Below, one piece after another: positions 36,454 to 43,513 of a DNA stretch of 43,513 nt. Source of the stretch: Desulfobacterales bacterium. GTDB lineage: Bacteria > Desulfobacterota > Desulfobacteria > Desulfobacterales > UBA11574. The notes under the pieces are model-generated. The model was given only the letters and a program-made list of their open reading frames with translations, was not told the origin of the DNA and searched no databases. Both the position numbers and the translations under genes were made by a program. The DNA lies in assembly GCA_050117895.1 (NCBI GenBank), contig JASFLX010000001.1, positions 1 through 43,513 of the forward strand, in the 5' to 3' direction. Position 1 is the stretch's first letter. Each line of letters starts with the position of its first letter.

Positions 36454-36843
36454 TTATTCTGTCATGGATTCCTTTATTTCAAACAGATTTCCGTCATAAT
36501 CCTCGATAAAAATTATCAGATAATCTCCCTTGGAAAACCGTTTGACAATCAGCCCCGATTGCTCACACTTTTCTGCAAAGGATTGCCTGTCTTTAACTTC
36601 CAGACAGATGTGTTGATACGGCGTCTTCATTTTAGGAACAGAGACGGTAACAAAGACCTCAATCCTGAAATCCTCGTTTCCGTAGAGAATCATTTCACAT
36701 TCTTGAGAAATACCAAAAAGTTGTTCTCCAAACGCCCGATCAAGTGTTCCGGATTTTATCTTTTTCAGCCCGAGAACCCCCTCATAGAATCTGTCCGCCC
36801 TTTCAATGGAGCTGCAGACAATCGCAATATGATGTAGTTTCAT
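36454..36843 (-). CDS. VOC-family (glyoxalase/bleomycin-resistance/dioxygenase fold) protein
   Basis: MKLHHIAIVCSSIERADRFYEGVLGL... typical VOC N-terminus; 129 aa. Confidence 0.8.
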   Translation of the reverse strand: MKLHHIAIVCSSIERADRFYEGVLGLKKIKSGTLDRAFGEQLFGISQECEMILYGNEDFRIEVFVTVSVPKMKTPYQHICLEVKDRQSFAEKCEQSGLIVKRFSKGDYLIIFIEDYDGNLFEIKESMTE

Positions 36844-36917
36844 TGTTTTTCCATTTGTTTATTCTTGTATTCAATGAATGTTAAAAAAAGTTTATTCCCT
36901 CCTCTTTTTGTTTAAAC

Positions 36918-37733
36918 CTAAAACATATCTTCGATCAGATCGTTCAAGGTTTCCTGAAGCCGGGCATCATCGGTTAAGGGAAGACATATCGCGGACCGGC
37001 ACGCATCGTGAACCGGAATGTTCCGTCCGATCATCTGTGCGGCATAAATTAAAAGTCGGGTACTGGCCCCTTCGGTAAGGCCGTGTTCTCTGATGTTTCT
37101 TATTTTTTGTGCCAAAGATACCAATTTCAAAGCGGATTTCATATCGATATTCCCTTCATGGGAGACAATCTCGGCTTCTTTTTCGGTTTCGGGATAATCA
37201 AACTCAAGGGATATAAACCGCTGTCGCGTGCTCTGTTTGAGATCTTTCAATACCGATTGATATCCCGGATTATACGATATCACCATCATAAAATCCGGAT
37301 GGGCCTGTATCAATTCTCCTTTTTTGTCAATGGAAAGGGTTCGCCGCATGTCTGTTAATGGATGAATGACGACCGTTGTATCCTTTCGAGCTTCAACGAT
37401 TTCGTCCAAATAGCAGATGGCGCCCATACGCACGGCCCGTGTTAACGGACCGTCCACCCATACGGTCTCGTCTTTTTTTAAAAGGTAGCGCCCCAAAAGG
37501 TCGGAAGCAAACAGGTCTTCATGGCAGGCAACGGTAATCAGGGGTCGTTTTAAATGATACGACATATATTCGACAAATCTGGTTTTGCCGCATCCGGTAG
37601 GCCCTTTCAGCATAACCGGGAGCCTGGCATCAAAAGCAGCCTCAAACATTTTGATCTCATCCCCTGTCCCGAGATAATACGGCTCTTCTATAATCAGATG
37701 ACCGGGGGTATCCGGTTTAATTTGATGTGTCAT
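36918..37733 (-). CDS. CbbQ/NirQ/NorQ/GpvN-family MoxR AAA+ ATPase
   Basis: Walker [11 protein letters not shown], Walker [11 protein letters not shown], 271 aa, the typical size for this family. Confidence 0.88.
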   Translation of the reverse strand: MTHQIKPDTPGHLIIEEPYYLGTGDEIKMFEAAFDARLPVMLKGPTGCGKTRFVEYMSYHLKRPLITVACHEDLFASDLLGRYLLKKDETVWVDGPLTRAVRMGAICYLDEIVEARKDTTVVIHPLTDMRRTLSIDKKGELIQAHPDFMMVISYNPGYQSVLKDLKQSTRQRFISLEFDYPETEKEAEIVSHEGNIDMKSALKLVSLAQKIRNIREHGLTEGASTRLLIYAAQMIGRNIPVHDACRSAICLPLTDDARLQETLNDLIEDMF

Positions 37734-37826
37734 AGATGGTTTGCCTCATAATTGAACGTTTCTGAAATTCTACAACTTTTTAAAATATAAATCTTTTGAT
37801 ATCTTCCTGTTTCTGCCGCCGGCATG

Positions 37827-38011
37827 GAAAAATGGAATGCTGGAATATTGGGGATAAGGGCGGAAATAAACCATTTTAATTGTAAAAAACTCCTTTCCTT
37901 CAACTTCGTTCAGGACAAGCTCATCCATCATTCCATTACTCCATTATTTTTACCCCGTGAAACTTTTCTTCTATTTCACCGGGGCCACTATTCCAATCGG
38001 GGCGAAGCCCC
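37827..38011. repeat. GGAATG-rich imperfect inverted repeat plus two GC-clamped hairpins
   Basis: AAAAATGGAATGCTGGAATATT (about 37829-37850) against AATCATTCCATTACTCCATTATTTTT (about 37925-37950). Hairpins CCCCGTGAAA...TTTCACCGGGG (37953-37984) and GGGGCGAAGCCCC (37999-38011). Confidence 0.4.
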
Positions 38012-38126
38012 TAAGTTCTGCAAGTTTTAGGTTGTATTGACATGGTCAATGTAATAGTTATGTTAGCAGCATCGAAAAATTATTAACCGGCCAAGATACC
38101 GGCCAGCATACATATACCGAATTCAA

Positions 38127-39290
38127 ATGATAAACAACCCCCATAACATAGATCGACTCGTATTTGAAGACAAAGAGATTATACTTTTGGGGACAGCACA
38201 CGTATCAAAGGAAAGCGTCCGGCTGGTCGACCATGTTATTGCGTCGGAAAAACCTGACATTGTCTGTGTTGAGTTGTGCGAATCCAGATTCCAGTCCATT
38301 CGACAAAAAGACAAATGGCTGGACAAAGATATCATCAAAGTGATTAAGGAGAAAAAATCCTTTCTTCTTCTTTCAAATCTTCTCCTGGCGTCTTTTCAAA
38401 AAAGAATTGCAGAAAAATTTGACATCAAACCCGGGGAGGAAATGATAAAGGCCATTGACGCCGGAGAGACCGTGGGAGCAGGAATACATCTTGCCGACAG
38501 GAACATCCGTATCACTCTGACCAGAACATGGCGGGTCATGGGATGGTGGGATAAAATCAAACTGTTGTTTCAACTCATTTTATCCTTGGGAAAAATCGAC
38601 GAAGTTAGCGAGGAAGACATAGAAAAAATGAAGCAGGAGGATGTGCTTCAAACCATACTTTCCGATGTTGGGAAGTCGCTTCCGACATTGAATGATATAT
38701 TGATTGATGAGAGAGACCGGTATCTGACTCACAAAATCCGGACGGCACCCGGAAAAAAAATTGTTGCGGTTGTGGGTGCAGGACATGTTCCCGGTATTAA
38801 AAAATACTGGAACCAAGACATCGATTTTGAGACCCTTGAGCAAATCCCGCCCAAAGGAAAGACATCAGGAATCTTAAAATGGATAATTCCTACGGCTATA
38901 CTTGTGCTATTTGTCTTAGGCTTTTATCATGGCGGGGCCAATACCGGAACCGATATGATAACGTGGTGGATTATGGCGAACGGTATTCTGGCAGGTCTTG
39001 GCGCCGTCATTGCTTTGGCTCATCCCCTAACCATTCTCTCGTCGGTTTTGGCCGCCCCTTTGACTTCCTTGAATCCCATGATTGCTGCAGGATGGGTTGC
39101 CGGGCTTGTTGAAGCCTTTTCACGGAAACCCAGGGTCAGGGATTTCGAACAATTACCGGAGGACATAGTTTCCATAAGGGGATTCTGGAAAAACAAAATT
39201 ACGCGGATCCTCTTGGTGGTTGTTTTTACCAACCTGGGAAGTTCTCTGGGTACCTTCGTTGCTATTCCGCTAATGGTAAAAGTATTGTAA
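38127..39290 (+). CDS. TraB/GumN-family protein
   Basis: ILLGTAHVSKESV, CVELCESR and VVGAGHVPGI motifs; C-terminal TM helices. Confidence 0.85.
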   Translation: MINNPHNIDRLVFEDKEIILLGTAHVSKESVRLVDHVIASEKPDIVCVELCESRFQSIRQKDKWLDKDIIKVIKEKKSFLLLSNLLLASFQKRIAEKFDIKPGEEMIKAIDAGETVGAGIHLADRNIRITLTRTWRVMGWWDKIKLLFQLILSLGKIDEVSEEDIEKMKQEDVLQTILSDVGKSLPTLNDILIDERDRYLTHKIRTAPGKKIVAVVGAGHVPGIKKYWNQDIDFETLEQIPPKGKTSGILKWIIPTAILVLFVLGFYHGGANTGTDMITWWIMANGILAGLGAVIALAHPLTILSSVLAAPLTSLNPMIAAGWVAGLVEAFSRKPRVRDFEQLPEDIVSIRGFWKNKITRILLVVVFTNLGSSLGTFVAIPLMVKVL

Positions 39291-39307
39291 TTTTAGAAAG
39301 ATCGAGT

Positions 39308-39530
39308 TAGGGAGACCTTTGAAAAATGTCAATTTTTGTTTAAGTTCAAGGCAATTCTGCAGGATAGCAGAATTGGACAGCTGCCAAGCTGCCCGCAAGG
39401 GCGAGGGGCATGGACGCCCCGAGTCAACGCGATAATTTTAACCGCAGGAATACATTGAGTATTTTGAGGATTAAAATTTGAGCCTGACGCAGAAATTGAG
39501 CAAAAAGAGGCGTTTTTCAAAGGTCTCCTA
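39308..39530. repeat. palindromic MITE-like element, copy C (long variant)
   Basis: TAGGGAGACCTTTGAAAAATG (39308-39328) / CGTTTTTCAAAGGTCTCCTA (39511-39530). Core CCGCAGGAATACATTGAGTATTTTGAGGATTAAAATT. Confidence 0.75.
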
Positions 39531-40349
39531 GGCTTCCGGTGACGGCAGAATTCTCACCACAGTTCTCTCCATTTTCTTGCCATTCTTCAATGGATAGGAC
39601 ATCCGGACCGTTTTAAGCCGCCCCTGGGCAAACAGTTTTACACATTCCGGATAAAGCGCCCACTCCAGCTTCAAGCCTTTTGCTCTGATGGAATCCAGAG
39701 TATCCTCCTCGAGTATCTCATAAGCCTTCTGACCGATAATGGGCCCTGAATCTTCACCGTAATCGACAAAATGTACCGTACACCCGCCGATCTTGCATCC
39801 ATATCGGAAGGTGTCCCCATATCCATCTACACCGGGAAACGCCGGTAGCAGGGCCGGATGGATATTCATTATACGCGGTATATCTGAATCCGTATTTACC
39901 CTGTCGATAAAATAAGGCGATAAATTTCTCATATAACCGGCCAATACCAAAAGATCGAACGGATAATGCTTCATCGCATCAATAAGTTTTGCTTCTGCAA
40001 CAGCCCTTGTGATGATAAAGGTTTTCGCCGTTTCAGTGTCGGCATGGGCTGTAAAAAGCGTCTGTTTTGAGAGCAGGTCGTTAAGGTCGAAATCGTCCGG
40101 GGGTACGACATTTTCCGGTGTATTTTTGAAATGTTGAATGATGGATCCATAATCGACGACAAACGTTGGGATCCCAAGCCGGGTCCCTTTTTCCAGACCC
40201 GGTGCATTGGGATTATCCGATCCCACGAATACGATTTTCCCGTTTATTTTTCCCGATTCACAGGAATCGATAATGGCCTGCAGGTTTGTCCCGGTTCCGG
40301 ATATCAGCGCTCCGATTCGGATGGTTCGGTCCATTTTAGAGGTCTCCAT
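39528..40349 (-). CDS. purN: phosphoribosylglycinamide formyltransferase (with a roughly 45-aa internal insertion)
   Basis: IGALISGTGTNLQAI, LLVLAGYMR and NIHPALLPAFPG motifs; 273 aa against about 210 for canonical PurN. Confidence 0.85.
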   Translation of the reverse strand: METSKMDRTIRIGALISGTGTNLQAIIDSCESGKINGKIVFVGSDNPNAPGLEKGTRLGIPTFVVDYGSIIQHFKNTPENVVPPDDFDLNDLLSKQTLFTAHADTETAKTFIITRAVAEAKLIDAMKHYPFDLLVLAGYMRNLSPYFIDRVNTDSDIPRIMNIHPALLPAFPGVDGYGDTFRYGCKIGGCTVHFVDYGEDSGPIIGQKAYEILEEDTLDSIRAKGLKLEWALYPECVKLFAQGRLKTVRMSYPLKNGKKMERTVVRILPSPEA

Positions 40350-40478
40350 GATTAAAAGATGTAAAAAGTTGAGAAATCATCTGAAAATCCTGTTATAATG
40401 GATTATAATAAATAAAATGGCTACAAAAAAAGAATACCAGTAAAACTTTTTCCGGTAAAGGTTTTAATCAGAGCCAAT

Positions 40479-41726
40479 GTGAGATCTGTGAAAAGCTTAT
40501 TTTTGAAATTTTTTATCCTGACGGGTATGCTGCTGGGGTTGCCCATGCTGGGTGTGGTTCTGGCAGGGTATCCAATGACCCGGTATCTGGAGTTTCCCCC
40601 TGAAACCCGGTATGTTTTTCATGCACCCTTTTCATGGATTGCCTTCATTGCTTACACCCTTTTTATCCTTGCAGTGGTTCTTCCCTTTATCGTAAATTCC
40701 ATGGTTCGAATCCCACAATTTAAAATCAGACCTTCGGTCACTAGAAGCCATCTCAAAAATAGGATTTTGGCTCAAGGTCAAGGCAGGACCGAGTTTCAAC
40801 CCGCAGGCATACTCAAGTATGTCGAGGACTTGAAAGGAGGGCCTAACACAGAGATTGAGGAAAAAGACTTTTTTGAGATAGCTTCTAATACGTTCCCCTG
40901 GTGGGGATGGATGGGTTCACTCACCGGCGCGGTTTCATGGATATTGGCATGGACCCGTTTTTCCTGGTTTGCCCCATATCAGCCTCACACATTCATTCCG
41001 TTGTGGCTTTCTTTCATCCTGGTGATAAATGCCCTGTGCCATAAACGAACCGGGCACTGCATGATGATAGACCGCACCCGTTTTTTTCTTTTGCTTTTTC
41101 CTTTAAGCGCCGCATTTTGGTGGTTCTTTGAATACCTGAACCGGTTTGTCCAGAACTGGAGCTACACCGGGGTTCATTATAGCTCCTGGGAGTATTTCTG
41201 CTATGCAACACTCTCTTTTTCAACCGTACTTCCCGCGGTTTTGGGAACTCGGGAATGGATGGCCGGTGCTTTCCGTACCCGGCAGGGAGTGTGGGATTTT
41301 CACCCCTTGAGGTTCCCGTATCCCAGAATGTTGGCAGGGGCTGCCCTACTGATATCCGGTGCCAGCCTGGCCGGCATCGGCGTCTGGCCGAATTATCTTT
41401 TTCCTCTCCTATGGGTATCTCCTCTCATTGTTATTGTGTCACTCCAAACCCTGACCGGTGAACGCACGATCCTGTCGGGTATAACCAAAGGAGATTGGAG
41501 CCTGATCATCACGTCCGCAGCCGCCGCTCTTTTATGCGGAGGATTCTGGGAGATGTGGAACTATTACAGTTTGGCCAGATGGGAATACAGCGTCCCGTTT
41601 GTTCATGGGTTTCAAATCTTTGAAATGCCGCTCTTAGGTTATGCCGGGTATCTCCCCTTTGGCTTGGAATGTATGGTTTTCGGAGATTTGCTGGAACGGT
41701 GGATGAGGTTTCGCAGCACAATATAG
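40479..41726 (+). CDS. polytopic membrane protein of unknown function carrying an in-frame repeat insertion
   Basis: 415-aa ORF with about 9-10 hydrophobic helices. Residues about 88-136 are the translation of repeat copy E. Confidence 0.6.
   Translation: MRSVKSLFLKFFILTGMLLGLPMLGVVLAGYPMTRYLEFPPETRYVFHAPFSWIAFIAYTLFILAVVLPFIVNSMVRIPQFKIRPSVTRSHLKNRILAQGQGRTEFQPAGILKYVEDLKGGPNTEIEEKDFFEIASNTFPWWGWMGSLTGAVSWILAWTRFSWFAPYQPHTFIPLWLSFILVINALCHKRTGHCMMIDRTRFFLLLFPLSAAFWWFFEYLNRFVQNWSYTGVHYSSWEYFCYATLSFSTVLPAVLGTREWMAGAFRTRQGVWDFHPLRFPYPRMLAGAALLISGASLAGIGVWPNYLFPLLWVSPLIVIVSLQTLTGERTILSGITKGDWSLIITSAAAALLCGGFWEMWNYYSLARWEYSVPFVHGFQIFEMPLLGYAGYLPFGLECMVFGDLLERWMRFRSTI
40742..40887. mobile_element. 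palindromic MITE-like element, copy E, inside a CDS
   Basis: TAGAAGCCATCTCAAAAA (40742-40759) / TTTTTGAGATAGCTTCTA (40870-40887), 17 of 18 complementary. Core CCGCAGGCATACTCAAGTATGTCGAGGACTTGAAAG. Confidence 0.8.
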
Positions 41727-41923
41727 TTTTTTTGGGCAACTGTGTCACATTTTTTTCCAATATTGCCATAAATTGATTTTTTTTGTTGACATTCAGAAAT
41801 ATATTAATGTAAAGGCATCACAAATTCTTGATTGGTAAAATAGATTTTATATCTTTTTCCGATACTTGATAAAATATTTTCTGTGAAATAAACCGATCCG
41901 TTTCATTTAAAAGCTTTTGCATT

Positions 41924-43276
41924 ATGATAAAAAACATCGGATTTGTTTCAACCCGCTTTGCAGGAGTAGACGGTGTCACTCTGGAATCGAGTAAGTGGGC
42001 GGATGTTTTTGAAAAAAATGGACACAACTGTTTCTGGTTTGGCGGAGAACTGGATCGGGATAGTGACAAAAGTTATCTTGTTCCCGTAGCGCATTTCCAA
42101 AACAAACAAAATAAATGGATCAATGCGCAGGTCATGGGCAAAAAAGGCCGCAAACCGCCGGTTACCCAAGCCATCCACGATTTAAGATCACTGCTTAAAG
42201 TCCAACTCCACGAATTCATCGAGTATTTCAACATAGACCTTCTGATTGCCGAAAATGTTCTCACGATTCCCATGCACGTCCCTTTGGGACTGGCATTGAC
42301 GGAGATCATTGCGGAGGCCCAGATTCCAACCATTGCTCACCATCATGATTTTTACTGGGAACGGGTCCGTTTTTCTGTAAATGCCGTTAACGATTACCTC
42401 AGAATGTCCTTTCCTCCCAAGCTGGACAATATCAAACATGTGGTGATCAATTCCGAAGCCCAGGAACAACTGGCGCTTCGCACGGGAATTTCTTCGATTA
42501 TCATTCCCAATGTCCTCGATTTTGAAAACCCTCCGGTGATGGATATTGGAGCGGCCCGTGTTTTCCGGAAATCCATGGGTTTAAAACCGGATGACCGGAT
42601 GATTTTACAGCCCACCCGCATCATTCAACGTAAAGGCATTGAACACGCCATTGAATTGATCAAGGAACTCAAAGATCCCCGGAACCAACTGGTGGTATCC
42701 CACGAAGCCGGTGATGAAGGATTCGAATATGTGGAATGGTTGAAAGAATATGCCTGCGAATATAACATCAGTCTTAGACTATTAACGACCAGAATTGCCG
42801 ATCCCTGGTGTAACAATGGTAATGGTGGGGCCAGGTATTCTCTCTGGGATGTTTATCCCTTCGCTGATTTTATCACATATCCCAGCCTGTATGAAGGATT
42901 CGGCAATGCGTTTCTAGAGGCTATCTACTTTAAAAAACCCATGTTAATCAATCGCTATTCTACATTTATCCGGGATATTGAGCCTCAAGGTTTTGATCTT
43001 GCGGTCATGGACGGGTTTCTCTCGAGAAAGACCGTCCAATGCGTTAAAGAAATTATGGACTCGCCGAAACGAAGAGAACAAATGGTAAATTATAACTATG
43101 AGGTAGCAGCGCGGCATTATTCTTATTCTGTCCTTCGGAACCGGCTCAACGATATTATGAGCTATTTTTTTGGGGATTCCGTTAAACAACTTTCCGGCAA
43201 GGCACAGTCCCCGAAAAATAAAAACTATTTAAATATCGAACCACGACAAACCCTGCAAAAACGATTTGCCAACTAG
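41924..43276 (+). CDS. GT-B fold glycosyltransferase (GT4/group 1-like)
   Basis: C-terminal YPSLYEGFGNAFLEAIYFKKP (E-x7-E) motif; N-terminal IGFVSTRFAGVDGV sugar-acceptor domain. Confidence 0.75.
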   Translation: MIKNIGFVSTRFAGVDGVTLESSKWADVFEKNGHNCFWFGGELDRDSDKSYLVPVAHFQNKQNKWINAQVMGKKGRKPPVTQAIHDLRSLLKVQLHEFIEYFNIDLLIAENVLTIPMHVPLGLALTEIIAEAQIPTIAHHHDFYWERVRFSVNAVNDYLRMSFPPKLDNIKHVVINSEAQEQLALRTGISSIIIPNVLDFENPPVMDIGAARVFRKSMGLKPDDRMILQPTRIIQRKGIEHAIELIKELKDPRNQLVVSHEAGDEGFEYVEWLKEYACEYNISLRLLTTRIADPWCNNGNGGARYSLWDVYPFADFITYPSLYEGFGNAFLEAIYFKKPMLINRYSTFIRDIEPQGFDLAVMDGFLSRKTVQCVKEIMDSPKRREQMVNYNYEVAARHYSYSVLRNRLNDIMSYFFGDSVKQLSGKAQSPKNKNYLNIEPRQTLQKRFAN

Positions 43277-43300
43277 GGCTGAAGGCAAATTCCTTTCCAT

Positions 43301-43513
43301 TTATATTTTTTTTAGTTCATAACTTCGGCTTCCAAGTCCAAGGCTTTGGGCATAATCGAGCTGAATGGTCCAGTCCACGTTGGGATAAATACCCCTGAAT
43401 TTATCCCCACCTTTTTCCATGTGCGTTGTCAGGCATGATTCCGGAAGCGCCTGTTCCCGGTTCACCAGATCGACGGATGCCTGGTCAATGGCAACCGGGT
43501 CGGTGGACGCAAC
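43301..43513 (-). CDS. DUF362-family protein, C-terminal fragment (runs off the window)
   Basis: Hand translation of the minus strand: VASTDPVAIDQASVDLVN...WTIQLDYAQSLGLGSRSYELKKI*, resembling the conserved DUF362 C-terminus. Not in the ORF track because the start lies outside the window. Confidence 0.5.
   Translation of the reverse strand, partial: VASTDPVAIDQASVDLVNREQALPESCLTTHMEKGGDKFRGIYPNVDWTIQLDYAQSLGLGSRSYELKKI

Noticed and set aside
36385-36837. 150-aa plus-strand ORF
   Set aside because: It is antisense to the well-supported VOC gene and begins in the shared hairpin 21-mer, so it is a shadow ORF.
1-43513. Prophage, integrative element, defence island or CRISPR-Cas content
   Set aside because: No integrase, transposase, phage structural, restriction, toxin-antitoxin or cas-like motifs were seen in any ORF translation. 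Gene content is housekeeping, and composition looks uniform apart from the AT-rich 22.2-kb control region.

Overview
43.5-kb chromosomal segment with about 40 tightly packed, mostly housekeeping genes. It looks like an anaerobic deltaproteobacterium (Desulfobacterota); that placement is a low-confidence inference from gene content and a moderately AT-rich composition judged by eye. All product calls rest on motifs read in the ORF translations; no searches were run.

Gene content, left to right:
- Minus-strand array: EamA transporter, beta-CASP/MBL RNase-like hydrolase, PPTase, rsmI, yraN, a secreted protein, an N-terminally truncated ArsC remnant, a kinase-like unknown, YqaA, pcm.
- A TrkA-type K+ channel and 5-formyl-THF cyclo-ligase.
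- serS, thrC and a LysM protein (translationally coupled), then a TPR lipoprotein.
- A type IV pilus operon (XRE-HTH, pilMNOPQ) lying divergent from a histidine kinase and a sigma-54 response regulator.
- A TPR membrane protein, a PfkB kinase, an SH3b protein, a radical SAM enzyme.
- A Fur-FeoA fusion, feoA, feoB.
- A CbbQ/NorQ ATPase, a VOC protein and a 930-aa VWA (CbbO/NorD-like) protein.
- TraB, purN, a polytopic membrane protein, a GT-B glycosyltransferase, and a DUF362 C-terminal fragment.

No rRNA, tRNA, CRISPR array, transposase or prophage gene was seen.

The two signals the genes do not explain:
1. Right after the sigma-54 response regulator there are tandem GTTTCC-N4-GGAAAC palindromes and an IHF-like site, then a near-consensus -24/-12 promoter and a strong intrinsic terminator. 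The promoter and terminator bracket an ORF-less, CU-rich transcript of about 74 nt. This is a candidate enhancer-dependent sRNA in the position where pilA usually sits.
2. A family of 145-225-bp palindromic MITE-like elements has at least six clear copies plus degenerate or mosaic relatives. The central hairpin core is conserved, but the terminal inverted repeats are copy-specific and still complementary. The elements fill convergent intergenic gaps. Four supply or directly abut the TAG stop codon of the adjacent gene. One is inserted in frame (48 codons) in a membrane-protein gene.
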